A DNA stretch of 64,000 nucleotides from Longimicrobiales bacterium (GTDB lineage Bacteria; Gemmatimonadota; Gemmatimonadetes; Longimicrobiales; Gaopeijiaceae). The number at the start of each line of letters is the position of its first letter. Within the stretch, counting starts at the first letter, position 1. Shown here piece by piece: positions 49,208 to 59,224 of the stretch. Location: assembly GCA_965197725.1 (NCBI GenBank), contig CBDANQ010000061.1:128001-192000 (forward strand), read 5' to 3'. The notes under the pieces are model-generated. The model saw nothing but the letters and a program-made list of their open reading frames with translations, made no database searches and had not been told where the DNA came from. The translations under genes were made by a program, and so were the position numbers.

Positions 49208-50550
49208 TAGAAATTCAAATTAGTCTCGATCTCCGTGTCCGGAATCGGAAAGCAATTGCTGGCCGGAAAATCCGAGAACAGAGTTGACACGGTGTTCTCC
49301 CAATCAGGGAAATCGAGGACGCCCGGAGTACCGTCCTCGCTCCAGCGACGAATGTCGCCCAAGCGTCGGGCCTCCATCCAGAATTCGATTCCCCGTTCCC
49401 GCTTGAGGAACGTCCAAGCATCGTCGATCGAGTTGGCAACCCACGGTTCGAGCGGCTGTTCCGTCACGTCGCTAATAAACGCCGTGCGGTTGTCGTTGAT
49501 GAGCGTCATCGCGCCTGGGAAGTCCCCCGCTACAAGTAGAGCTTCCGCTCGGATCAAGATAGCCTCACGACCGCTCGAGACCCTGTAGTCACTATTCCGA
49601 CTCTCGTATTTCGTCTGGAATAGGAAGGGCACCGCCCCAAAGCCCGAGAGACTCCCGCTGGCCAAGGGATGGACCGGGTCAGTGTCCCATGGGACCCGGG
49701 GGTCTCCGGTATCTCGATAGTAGTCATCGTAAAAAGTCATCCAGACGGAGATACTCTTCCACGGGAAGATGCCCATAGCGTGGAAGAAGGTGTTATGCGT
49801 CTGGAGGCTGGGACCCTCTGCGTCCACGAAATACTCGAAGTCCCTAGGAACCTGTAGCGCGTCGGTAACTGCGCCCGCAAAATCGTTCAGCCAGACGCGC
49901 ACGGACGCTCGACCTGCGTAGGCTGCGGTCTTCACATCGCCGCTTCCCTTTGCGATCGCCTCTGTGAAGTTTGTTTCCGCCCGTTCGAAGTACCGAATGT
50001 TGGGCTCCTTCGGTCCTCCATCGAAGACTGCTTCGCAGAAGTTCTCACCCAGCAGGCGGTTCGAATACCCGGCCCAGAGGTATGCCAGTGCAAACGTGGT
50101 GGGTGCGACGTCACCTGCGGTGCCGTCTGAGAACCGTCGGATCGCTTCCTCGGCGATCCAGCGGGCCTGTTGCGCTTCGGACCAATGCTGTTCAAGCCTG
50201 CTGCTGTTTGGAAGCCACTGCCCCGCCTGCTCGATGGGATCATGCCCAGTACCCGCAATGCCGGTAGCGCCACCGGGCATGAGCGTCCGGGCCGCGTGGG
50301 ATCCTGCCACGCCCACATTGTTAATCGATTCTATCAACTTCTGTTGGGATCCATCCACGAACGCCTGATGTGCCGACGGCAAATTCAGGAACTCGTCGTT
50401 GACCGGCCCCGGATTGACCACGTCACACCCACTGACCACAGCCACGAGGATCGCCAACACGACATGTAACCCGCTGGCATGATGCCCTCTGCGCCGCTGT
50501 GCGCTCCCGAATTCTACTGGTCGGCCGGGCTCTTTGACTCTATCGCTCAT
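49207..50550 (-). CDS. SusD/RagB-like outer-membrane lipoprotein
   Basis: Lipobox VVSGC, V.NPG, EAILIRAEA, ERGIEFWMEARRLGDIRRW, FPIPDTE...N. Confidence 0.88.
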   Translation of the reverse strand: MSDRVKEPGRPVEFGSAQRRRGHHASGLHVVLAILVAVVSGCDVVNPGPVNDEFLNLPSAHQAFVDGSQQKLIESINNVGVAGSHAARTLMPGGATGIAGTGHDPIEQAGQWLPNSSRLEQHWSEAQQARWIAEEAIRRFSDGTAGDVAPTTFALAYLWAGYSNRLLGENFCEAVFDGGPKEPNIRYFERAETNFTEAIAKGSGDVKTAAYAGRASVRVWLNDFAGAVTDALQVPRDFEYFVDAEGPSLQTHNTFFHAMGIFPWKSISVWMTFYDDYYRDTGDPRVPWDTDPVHPLASGSLSGFGAVPFLFQTKYESRNSDYRVSSGREAILIRAEALLVAGDFPGAMTLINDNRTAFISDVTEQPLEPWVANSIDDAWTFLKRERGIEFWMEARRLGDIRRWSEDGTPGVLDFPDWENTVSTLFSDFPASNCFPIPDTEIETNLNF

Positions 50551-50563
50551 CTTCTCACCCTCC

Positions 50564-53500
50564 TCAGAATTGCACCCGAAGGGATGCGTTGAACGACCAA
50601 ACCGGCGGCGGTGCGCTTATAGCCCCATTCCTGAAGCTTTCGGGATTGCTTCTCGTCTCGGGATCTCCGACCCGCCACTCGCTGTTAACCCAGGTAAACG
50701 CGTTGTTCAGCGATAGTGTCAGAACGGAGCTGTTGACCCGGTCCTGGAACGCAAAGTCAAGCGGCACCTGGAGGCTCAAGGTGCGCAGACGGAAGAAGTC
50801 CCCCTTTCTGGCCGTGTAGCTCTCTTGGATTAGGGACGGAGTGCAGAGTGATCGATAGAGAGCAGGCGTATCGGGCTTGAGATCGAGGGTGTTGTTGTTG
50901 GCCGCGGGGCCCGTGAAGCCCACCGCGGGCCCGTTGTACGGATTCACGTAGAAATCCCAACACAGGGGCATCCACGCGGAGCGGCCGACTCCACCCCGGG
51001 TGAAATTGCTCTCCAAGGTCGTGTGGCCACCCTTGAATTCTCCGCGAGCGGTCAGGAAGATCCCTCCCGGGAAGCGGAACGAGGTGGACGGCGACCAGTT
51101 AAGGGTGGGTTGAGTCGGACCGTAGATGTGGTTTTGCTCGACCACGGGAGTCGCAGCCTCTTCCGCATTGCTTATGAAACGTCCGCGCACTACGGGAGCG
51201 GGCTGACCCTCGATCACCCAGACGTCTCGCTCGACGGTGAACGCTGGCGCTCCGCCGAGGTCGATTACCTCGGAGTTGTTGGTGCTCAACAGGAAACCTA
51301 GGTCCCACCCCCAATCGGCCCCGCGAATCACGGCGTACGCAAGATCCACCTCGACGCCTGAGTTTTTGAGCTCACCCACGTTGGTGCGCTGCGCGGTTAT
51401 GAAGCCGCCAGAGGGCACTTGGCCGACGCTGAAGAGGGCGTCGGAGGTCGTCTGGCTGTAGTAGGTGAATCCGGTCTCAAGCCGGCCATCAATAAAGTCA
51501 CCATCGAACCCGAATTCGAACTCCGCCGTCACCTCCGGGCCAAGGTCGGGGTTGCCCAAGTTACCAGGGATGAGCGCTGGGGTTGGACCGAACCCCTGAG
51601 AGTTCCAGGTGCGTGTAGCGTCGAACGCTCCCGGAGCCCGGCCCGACTTGCCATACGCGGCGCGGAGCTTCACAGCTCCCCACGAATCCTGCCAGAAGTC
51701 CTCATCGGACATCACCCACGAGGCGCTCGCCTTCGGATACACTTGAAGTCCGAAGCCAGACCCGAAAGCGCTATTCCCATCCACTCTTGCTCCAAGTGTC
51801 ACGAAGTACTTGTCACGAATATCGAAGATATTCTGGAGGAAGAAGCCCGCGTTCCAGATCTTCGACCGATCTTCGTAAGAGAACCGCGTGGCGGACGAAC
51901 TGACGGTGGGACTAGCGGCCCCGGGGAAGCTCTCCCCATAACCGTTCAGGCGGAGTTCTTCCTCCCCGATCGCCTGACCGCCCCATGAGAAGTTCGACCG
52001 GATCTCGTCCGTCACCTCGAAGCCGAACGTCCCCACGTAGTCGATCGTCAGGAGCGAATTCGACCAGTTGTCATTGGAAATGCTGCCCGGACCGAACAGG
52101 ACGAAACCGAACGGCCGAATATTTCGCGTCTCCTGCTGTGAAAAGTCGTAGCCGACCGACAGGCGGTTGGTCAGGTTGGACAACGCCGAGTGCGTGACGG
52201 TCAACCCTGTAGTGAGCCGATCGATCGAGATCCTGAAGTCCGCGTCGAATAGCTGGGCGAGGACGTCCGGGTTTTCGGAGTTCAGATAGTTGGAGACCCC
52301 CCGGTATGCGTTGTGGGTAATTCCAGCCTCATTGCCGCCCGTGGGGGTGTTCCGCGTGGTCTGCCGGGCGAAGGCGGTGTTGAACTGCACCTGAAGATCT
52401 GATGTCGGCGAAAAGGTGAAGTTTCCTCGCGCGCTCAACTTCGTGATCGAGTCCGACGGCAGAATGCCAATCCCATCCTCGAAATTCCCAGAGACGAAGT
52501 ACTGGAGTGCTTGTCCCCCACCCCGGACCGATGCGCTGTACCCACCCACATAACCGTTTCTGAGGAAAGGGCCAAGCCGATGATACTTGAACGGTGAGCC
52601 CCTTCCCATTATCTGCGCCCGCGAAATGGCCTGCCGGGACTCGAGGCTCCAAACCGGCGCGCCCGTGGAGCCCCTCTTGGTGAAGATCTGGATTACTCCC
52701 GCCGATGCCTCCGTACCGTAGAGTGTCGTAGCCGCTGAGCCCTTGATGACCTCAATGCGCTCGACATCGTTGGGGTTGATGTTATTCAACGGGTTGGCCG
52801 TAACATATCCGCCCGACCCTGAACTCCCCTGCACTCGGGAACGCGATTGCGGAAAGGCCTTGCTCTGCATCCGCACGCCGTCGACATAGATGAGCGGCTG
52901 ATTGCTCATGGAGACAGTCGTGTTGCCCCTAAGGCGGATCTGGGCACCGTTTCCCAGTGAACCGCTCAGGCCGGCCACCTCCATCCCCGGCGTGGCACCA
53001 GTCAGCAAGTCGGTCAGAGTAGTGGGGCGCGTAGGCATGTCGGCGATCCGCAACTCCGAGATGGCGTTGCCGACCTCACGGCGGCGCGCAGCCCCCGCAG
53101 TCCCTGTCACCACGATCTCGTCCAACCCCAGCGCCTGGGCGCTGAGTTGGAAGTTCACCTCCAGCACCTGCCCAGCGGCCACCGTCACCTGCTGGGAGGC
53201 GGTTGCAAGTCCAATCCTCTCAGCTCGAATTTCGTACGTGCCAGGAGGCACCTGGAGGATAAGGTAACCGCCGTTTTGGCGACTCAGCCCACCGAGACCT
53301 TCCTCCACCAGATAGATCTGAGCCTCGCTGATAGGTGCTCCAGACTCGGTGGCAGTGACCCGACCGACGATCCGCGCGGTCTCTTGACCCTGAAGGGATG
53401 CCGGAACGCTCAATAAGGCAAGGCCGAAGAGCAGCCCCAATAGACGTCGAAAGCGCATGGAACTTGTGCTCGACCGAGGAACTACGATGTCTGATTTCAA
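50564..53500 (-). CDS. SusC/RagA-type TonB-dependent receptor
   Basis: AAGGAGG SD before TTG; LDEIVVTG TonB box, PLIYVDG, IEVIKG.AA..LYG..A..GVI.I.TK, GNPDLGPE, terminal Phe. Confidence 0.92.
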   Translation of the reverse strand: MKSDIVVPRSSTSSMRFRRLLGLLFGLALLSVPASLQGQETARIVGRVTATESGAPISEAQIYLVEEGLGGLSRQNGGYLILQVPPGTYEIRAERIGLATASQQVTVAAGQVLEVNFQLSAQALGLDEIVVTGTAGAARRREVGNAISELRIADMPTRPTTLTDLLTGATPGMEVAGLSGSLGNGAQIRLRGNTTVSMSNQPLIYVDGVRMQSKAFPQSRSRVQGSSGSGGYVTANPLNNINPNDVERIEVIKGSAATTLYGTEASAGVIQIFTKRGSTGAPVWSLESRQAISRAQIMGRGSPFKYHRLGPFLRNGYVGGYSASVRGGGQALQYFVSGNFEDGIGILPSDSITKLSARGNFTFSPTSDLQVQFNTAFARQTTRNTPTGGNEAGITHNAYRGVSNYLNSENPDVLAQLFDADFRISIDRLTTGLTVTHSALSNLTNRLSVGYDFSQQETRNIRPFGFVLFGPGSISNDNWSNSLLTIDYVGTFGFEVTDEIRSNFSWGGQAIGEEELRLNGYGESFPGAASPTVSSSATRFSYEDRSKIWNAGFFLQNIFDIRDKYFVTLGARVDGNSAFGSGFGLQVYPKASASWVMSDEDFWQDSWGAVKLRAAYGKSGRAPGAFDATRTWNSQGFGPTPALIPGNLGNPDLGPEVTAEFEFGFDGDFIDGRLETGFTYYSQTTSDALFSVGQVPSGGFITAQRTNVGELKNSGVEVDLAYAVIRGADWGWDLGFLLSTNNSEVIDLGGAPAFTVERDVWVIEGQPAPVVRGRFISNAEEAATPVVEQNHIYGPTQPTLNWSPSTSFRFPGGIFLTARGEFKGGHTTLESNFTRGGVGRSAWMPLCWDFYVNPYNGPAVGFTGPAANNNTLDLKPDTPALYRSLCTPSLIQESYTARKGDFFRLRTLSLQVPLDFAFQDRVNSSVLTLSLNNAFTWVNSEWRVGDPETRSNPESFRNGAISAPPPVWSFNASLRVQF

Positions 53501-53583
53501 GGGGTCCTCCTTAGCAGGGAGGTCAGTGAGAATAACTGACCCAGAATTGTGTTCCCGGCGGCCGGCCGGCTCAGGCCTCGGGA

Positions 53584-54238
53584 TCAACATGAGACGCAAT
53601 TGTGACTGTTGGTCGCGCCCAGACTCACGAGAAGGCTGATGGTCTCAGGGAAAGGTTCGATTCGCTGCGTCGGGCCATTGGCCATATCCGCAGTGGTCTG
53701 ACCCTTGCGGTTCAGTGCAAATACATCAGCGCCCTTCTCGACCAGATAAAGAATCAGCTCATTGTCTCCACGGGACGCCGCATTGTGAAGCGGCGTGTCA
53801 CCGCGGGAATCCCGCGCGTTGACGTCGGCGCCCAGCTCCCCGACGAGGTAGCGCACGGCCTGCAACCACCCGCCGGGGTGGTGTCGGTGAACATTTCCCA
53901 CCAATCCGTAGCCATGTCCGCTGCCCGAGGCGGCGTGTATCGGATATATGCCTGGACCACCCACTGGAACTGGCGGGATCCCCGACGCATCCGGCGGGTC
54001 ATCCGGACTGGGAGCGGGGACGGGGGACCTCTCCCACCACGCCGCCCTCGGCGCCTTCCCTCGGTCTTGACGGTAGGGATATTGGGATCGGCGCCGTAGC
54101 GAACGAGCAGCTTCATCGCCTCAACGTCAGTGCCATGAGCAGCTCGCAGGAACAGCGTCGCTCCGACCCAATCAACGCCCAACTGACCGCTCCCGAGCTC
54201 CATGTACCAGACGTTGTAGTTCAGGCGGGCGTTCACGC
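53584..54238 (-). pseudogene. 3' part of an ankyrin-repeat protein gene, frameshifted
   Basis: GAT.FLRAA..DVEAMKLL..GADPN; GADVNARD..GDTPLHNAA..G; terminal NCVSC; two frames. Confidence 0.75.
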
Positions 54239-54669
54239 TGGAAGGTGCGACTACCCGGATTCGGGTCGGCGGCCGCCGCCTCGTCGATCGTCCGCTCCAG
54301 CGTCTCCACCAGGGTCTGCAGCGTGTCCCCACCAGGTCACCGCCTGCCCGGCGGGGAGGCATCATGCCTGCGCGGAGCTTCGTGATGATTTTCTCGGCCA
54401 ACTCCGCTCGGTCCGCGGCCCCCTGACACCTCAAAACTCTCGAGGGACATGTTCCCCCTCAACCGCCGGTCGTTGTGGCAGGACTGGCAGTACCTCTCGA
54501 CCACGTCGCCCAGATCTTCGGACAGGGTACGGTGCGAAGCCGAGGGTTCCAGGGAGGCGCGATGGACCGAGCGGTCGGCCATCACAGGAGGGAGGCGTGG
54601 AGAGTTCGGTGGGTCGCCCCTCAGCGCGAGGAACAGGCCACCCAAGAGCACGCCGGTGACAACCCTCAT
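54239..54669 (-). pseudogene. 5' fragment of a planctomycete-type cytochrome c (PSCyt1/DUF1587-DUF1592 type) gene
   Basis: Signal peptide, YCQSCHN (CxxCH), EKIITKLRAGMMPP, PNPGSRTFQR across shifted frames. Confidence 0.7.
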
Positions 54670-54797
54670 AAACCTACCTCTGTCAGACGTGCCCGCCCCG
54701 GCGGTCGGAGTGACCAAGCATGCTCTGGCGAACGAGCGCACTCTAATCTGCGACGAAGCTCGGATGACGCCCCGAACCATTGTACGACCGCACGCAG

Positions 54798-54841
54798 CAT
54801 TTACACAAGGGACTACAGACATTTACACAAGGGACTACAGA
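54798..54841 (+). repeat. Perfect 22-bp tandem duplication
   Basis: CATTTACACAAGGGACTACAGA x2. Confidence 0.9.
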
Positions 54842-54851
54842 GAGGCGGATT

Positions 54852-55178
54852 ATGGCTTCGGGTCACTTCCGTCGGTACGCCAACGAGGACGCCGAACAGA
54901 AGCGCGGCGACATCAACGCACTACATCAGCGCTTCCGCGAGCAAGAGGTCGCGATCTTCGAGAAGCACGGCGCCGAGGTCATCGCGGTGTGGCAGCGTCT
55001 CGACGACCCCAACACGCTGGTCTGGATGCTGGCGTATCGCGACCGTGCCCATCGTGACGAGGTCTGGGCCGGGTTCGCGGCCGACCCGGACTGGACCGCG
55101 CTACGGCAGAAGTACGACGTGTCGCTCTCGATCGAGGCGTACTGGATGAGCTCCACCAACTACTCGAACCTGAGGTAG
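54852..55178 (+). CDS. NIPSNAP-family protein (N-terminus possibly rearranged)
   Basis: LHQRFR....IFEKHG, LVWMLAY..R..RD..W..F.ADPDW. Confidence 0.7.
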   Translation: MASGHFRRYANEDAEQKRGDINALHQRFREQEVAIFEKHGAEVIAVWQRLDDPNTLVWMLAYRDRAHRDEVWAGFAADPDWTALRQKYDVSLSIEAYWMSSTNYSNLR

Positions 55179-55560
55179 CCGTCCGGGCTTCGCGTCTTGT
55201 TTGAAGGCGTGGTGATCGTCGGCGGTAGGTGCCGGGCGGGATTGAGGCGTGGTTGGACGGGTTGATGCCTCGCACTACCTAACAGGGCTGCCACTTAGTT
55301 CGTATAAGCTGCGCATATATCTCTGCTGAAATCTGCTCACTGGCTGGGCGGAAGCGTGTACGGGGGTGAGCGGTAGGCGGCCCTCACCAAGGGGGGGTGC
55401 CCCCCACTGGGGTCGCGACTTCGGTGATTTTCGACCCGAACAGCGTTCCAGTCCGATGCGTGGCAGCTACGCGACGGCGGACCTCCGAACTAGGACCGAA
55501 AGTCGCTCTCATCCGGTCCTGCTGTAGACCATTTGTAGACTAGAGCCCATCTACAGAAAC

Positions 55561-55586
55561 GGCACAAGGCCGTAAAGCCTTGTGCC
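55561..55586 (-). terminator. Hairpin downstream of tRNA-Pro
   Basis: GGCACAAGGC-CGTAAA-GCCTTGTGCC perfect 10-bp stem followed by TTT on the minus strand. Confidence 0.7.
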
Positions 55587-55592
55587 ACCTAG

Positions 55593-55666
55593 TCGGGGCG
55601 CCCGGATTCGAACCGGGGACCCCCTGCTCCCAAAGCAGGTGCGCTACCGGACTGCGCCACGCCCCG
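55593..55666 (-). tRNA. tRNA-Pro (anticodon TGG), CCA not encoded
   Basis: CGGGGCGTGGCGCAGTCCGGTAGCGCACCTGCTTTGGGAGCAGGGGGTCCCCGGTTCGAATCCGGGCGCCCCGA cloverleaf. Confidence 0.95.
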
Positions 55667-55929
55667 TAAGTTGTTTTACTGCAAATGGTTATAGCGTATC
55701 CCTGAAGTCGCCAATTCTGAAAACTGTGCCAGGTCCGGCTGCCCCGCCACCCCCACCCCCGCCAAGAGTCCCACGAGAGCCGCGAGGTAGACCGTGGCGA
55801 AGGCAAATCCATGCGCGTCACGACGCGGGCGGGCAAGAATCGGCTCCATGATTGACAAACGGGTGTCGCATGTGACATCTATTAGTGTCCTGATGAAGTC
55901 AGTCCCCCTCCCCTTAGAGCTTTGGCACT

Positions 55930-56325
55930 ATGCGGGAAAACAACGGCTTTACCCTCATTGAGCTTCTGATCGTAGTCGTGATCATCGGAATTCTGGCGGC
56001 CCTCGCCATTCCGAAGTTTTCCTCGGTTCGTGAGAAGGCGTACTACTCCACGATGAAGGCTGATCTCAAGAATCTGGCTAGCCAGCAGGAGATCTACCAA
56101 CATACCGCGTACTCGTACACAACCGTCAGTGCGGACCTCAAGTACGACCTTTCCGACGGTATCATCATGGGCTCGGCAGCCACGACTTCCGGCTGGTCGG
56201 CGAGCGTCAGCCACGCCGCGTTGGGCACCAGCGAAGGTTGCGTCGTCTTCTACGGCACTGCGGCTACCCCGACCGTTGGCTCGACCAGCGCGACGAATCC
56301 GGGTGAGGTAGCCTGCACGCGGTGA
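55930..56325 (+). CDS. Type IV pilin-like protein
   Basis: Prepilin site G/FTLIELLIVVVIIGILAALAIP; C-terminal Cys pair. Confidence 0.92.
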   Translation: MRENNGFTLIELLIVVVIIGILAALAIPKFSSVREKAYYSTMKADLKNLASQQEIYQHTAYSYTTVSADLKYDLSDGIIMGSAATTSGWSASVSHAALGTSEGCVVFYGTAATPTVGSTSATNPGEVACTR

Positions 56326-56358
56326 TTCGCTGACGCAGGCCAGCTTGCAAGGCCTGCC

Positions 56359-56694
56359 TCAGCCCCCTCCCTCCCCTTCCCGTTCAGCGTCCGACATCTC
56401 GCGCAGGTACTCGAACGCATAGATCCCCGTCGAGTGCCCGTCACTCCACACGAACTGCAACGCGTACTGTCCTACGTAGTGGATCGCCGTCGGGTACACG
56501 GAGTCGTCCACCTGCTCGGTCGACAGCGTCCGCACCCCGGTCATCTCGTCGACGCAGCCGGCGCACGGACAGAGCAACCGTAGGTGCCGAGGGACGTACT
56601 CGGAGGCCGCTCCGTCCTTCCAGACGATACGCAGTCGAGCTTCGTCTGCGGTCGGGCCGATCTCGAGCGGTACGATCTTGTCCGCTGGGCTCAC
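56359..56694 (-). CDS. DUF971 / GBBH N-terminal Zn-binding protein
   Basis: LRLLCPCAGC, VGQYALQFVWSDGHSTGIY. Confidence 0.88.
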   Translation of the reverse strand: MSPADKIVPLEIGPTADEARLRIVWKDGAASEYVPRHLRLLCPCAGCVDEMTGVRTLSTEQVDDSVYPTAIHYVGQYALQFVWSDGHSTGIYAFEYLREMSDAEREGEGGG

Positions 56695-57317
56695 TGAATC
56701 CCTCTCGCGATCAACTCGTCCGCCAACGCCCGGAAGGCTTTCCCACGGTGACTACACTCGTTCTTGTGCGCGATATCGAGCTCTGCGAACGTCTTTCCGA
56801 TCTGGGGATCGAAGAAGTACGGATCGTAACCGAACCCTCCTCGGCCCCGTGGCTGGCCAAGGATCAGCCCCTCGGCCTCGCCGCGAACGACGAGGGGGGC
56901 TGCGGTGGCCCCGACGAGCACGGCCGCGCACACGTAACGGCCAGTTCGGGCGGCGAGGTCGAGATCGCCTAGCTGCGCCATGAGGTGGTCGTTGTTGGCC
57001 TGGTCGAGCTCCTTGCCGTTCAGGCCGCGGTCGGGCGCGAAGCGCTTGGAGCGCACCCCCGGCGCGCCGCCCAACGCGTCGACCGCGAGGCCCGAGTCGT
57101 CCGCGACCGTCGGCATGCCCGACTTGGCGTGGAAGTACTCCGCCTTCGAGCGCGCATTTTCTTCGAAGGTCTCGTACGGCTCGAGCTCTTCTTCGGCTGG
57201 ATCCTTGGTGACGCCCGCGCTGTCCAGATCGATCAGGCGCAGTCCGGGGACGGCCCCAAGGATGCGCCGGATCTCTACCATTTTGTCGACGCTTCGTGTT
57301 GCGACCAGAAGCTCCAC
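56691..57317 (-). CDS. rdgB: dITP/XTP pyrophosphatase (Ham1 family)
   Basis: TFEENARSKA, ADDSGL, GAPGV.S, GFGYDP, SHRGKA. Confidence 0.93.
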   Translation of the reverse strand: MELLVATRSVDKMVEIRRILGAVPGLRLIDLDSAGVTKDPAEEELEPYETFEENARSKAEYFHAKSGMPTVADDSGLAVDALGGAPGVRSKRFAPDRGLNGKELDQANNDHLMAQLGDLDLAARTGRYVCAAVLVGATAAPLVVRGEAEGLILGQPRGRGGFGYDPYFFDPQIGKTFAELDIAHKNECSHRGKAFRALADELIARGIQ

Positions 57318-58037
57318 TCAGCCGCCTTGCAGCGCCCGGGCCTGGGCGGCGAAGAGCGTCTCGAGGCCCGACATCGCGATGTCCATCAGCGCATCGAGGT
57401 CACTGCGCGGGAAGGGGTCACCCTCGGCGGTACCCTGGAGCTCCACCAGTCCTCCGCTCTGAGTGCCCACCACATTCATGTCGACCTGCGCGCCCGAATC
57501 CTCCGGATAGTCGAGGTCGAGATACACTTCTCCGCCGACGATGCCGACGCTCACCGCGGCCACACGCTCTCGCAGCGGATTCCGGTCGACGAGCCCTTCG
57601 CTCAACATCCATCCGCCGGCCAACGAGAGCGCTACGCAGGCGCCGGTGATCGAGGCGGTTCGCGTCCCGCCGTCCGCTTGCAACACGTCGCAGTCGACGG
57701 TGACGGTATGGTGGCCGATCGCCTTCATGTCCGTCACGGATCGCAGCGAGCGCCCGATCAGGCGCTGGATCTCCTGCGTGCGACCCTTCGGTCCGGTCCG
57801 TTCACGACGCGTCCGTGTGTGCGTTGCGCGGGGCAACATCGCGTACTCGGCGGTCAGCCATCCGGCACCGCTGCCCTCGCGCCACCGGGGCACGCCCTCG
57901 ACGACGGAGGCTGTACAGAGGACGCGCGTGGCCCCGGTAGCGATGATGCACGACCCCTCCGCGTACCGTGAGACACCAGTCTCGATGGTGATCGGGCGGT
58001 TCTGGTCCAGCCGCCGATCACCGGTCCTCATCCTCAC
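57318..58037 (-). CDS. rph: Ribonuclease PH
   Basis: [47 protein letters not shown]. Confidence 0.96.
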   Translation of the reverse strand: MRMRTGDRRLDQNRPITIETGVSRYAEGSCIIATGATRVLCTASVVEGVPRWREGSGAGWLTAEYAMLPRATHTRTRRERTGPKGRTQEIQRLIGRSLRSVTDMKAIGHHTVTVDCDVLQADGGTRTASITGACVALSLAGGWMLSEGLVDRNPLRERVAAVSVGIVGGEVYLDLDYPEDSGAQVDMNVVGTQSGGLVELQGTAEGDPFPRSDLDALMDIAMSGLETLFAAQARALQGG

Positions 58038-58539
58038 GACGAGCCTCCTCGGATTCGGTTCACCAACTCGGTGGTCGAGTACCCTTCCACGAACGGGATC
58101 AGCTCGACCCGCCCCCCGCGGCTTCCACCTCGTCGCGACCGACCACCGCTTCGAGCGCGTAGTCGCCGCCCTTCACGAGCACGTCGGGGAGCAGCTCGGC
58201 GATGAGCTCGCGCGGTGTGTCCTCGTCAAACAGGCACACGGCGTCGACCGAGTCGAGCGCGGCGACCACGACGGCCCGGTCTCGCTCGCCCACGAGCGGC
58301 CGATCGTCACTCTTGGCCAAGCCGCGCTCCGACTTGCCTAGTCGGCGCGCCGAGTCGTCGGTGTTCACGGCGACGACGAGATGCCCCCCCAACCTCCGCG
58401 CGGCGGCCAGATAGGTCACGTGACCCGGATGCAACAGCTCGAAGCACCCGTTCGTGAACACGAGCGGCTCGTCGCGAGGTCGCCCGTAGCGGGCGATCAA
58501 CTCCGCGCGTGAGAGCACGTTTACCCAGCTCGGAGGCAT
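58034..58539 (-). CDS. rfaE2: Heptose-1-phosphate adenylyltransferase (HldE domain II), frameshift near 58110
   Basis: [33 protein letters not shown]-terminus [11 protein letters not shown] in shifted frame. Confidence 0.85.
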
Positions 58540-58703
58540 GGTCAGAGATAGAAGAGCAAGTACGCCACGAGCAGTATGGCCACCCACAGCACTATGCTGC
58601 CAGTCGGCCAGCTACGCGCGAGCGGTCCGACGGGACCGTGAGCTTTAGCTGCCACGTGCAGGACTGTTGGCGGACCCTTATCCGGCAAAAACGACGGCCG
58701 AAT

Positions 58704-59219
58704 CTACCAATTAGACTGAGCGCCGTCCACGATCTTTTGGACCAGCAGCTCGATGGCCTCCAGGCGCCCCACGTCCTCGGTCTCCGAAGCCTCCAGAAAC
58801 TCGCCTTGGGCGACCAGAGCGCGGGACTCCCAGAGGATCACGTTCTCCACCAGATCAACGATTTCGACCGATACGCCGATCGCCACCTGGCGCTGGAGAA
58901 CCTGCGCGGCCTGCCCCTGCTGAGCGGCCCGATAGTTGGGCGCGATGACGTCGTAGCGCACGATCGAGCCACGCACGAGGGCATCCGCCACTTCCTCGCC
59001 CGCGGTTCTGATACCCAGCGCCCGCGGCAAGTTACGCAGCAGGTGGTCGTACAGCTCGCCCGCGATCTCGAACCGATTCGTTTCATTGTCGAACGGCTGC
59101 ACAGCGATGGTGCTGATATGGTCCGGCGGAAACGTGCCTGCGCGAAACGAGTAGTGGCACCCGGATATGATCAAAGCCAGCAAGGCGCCCTGCCACCAAG
59201 TAAACCGCCGCGTGGTCAT
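58704..59219 (-). CDS. lptE: LptE-like LPS assembly lipoprotein
   Basis: Lipobox ISGC, YSF, P.HI.TIAV.PF.N.T, terminal W. Confidence 0.7.
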   Translation of the reverse strand: MTTRRFTWWQGALLALIISGCHYSFRAGTFPPDHISTIAVQPFDNETNRFEIAGELYDHLLRNLPRALGIRTAGEEVADALVRGSIVRYDVIAPNYRAAQQGQAAQVLQRQVAIGVSVEIVDLVENVILWESRALVAQGEFLEASETEDVGRLEAIELLVQKIVDGAQSNW

Positions 59220-59224
59220 GAGCC

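Noticed and set aside
54798..54841. CRISPR array
   Set aside because: Two adjacent copies with no spacer and no cas genes; no CRISPR array seen anywhere in the window
55852..55885. Sigma-70 promoter for the pilin gene (TTGACA)
   Set aside because: No acceptable -10 hexamer at 16-18 bp spacing
58600..58660. Hairpin-rich intergenic stretch as an ncRNA or riboswitch
   Set aside because: No recognisable family motif; GC-rich stems are expected by chance
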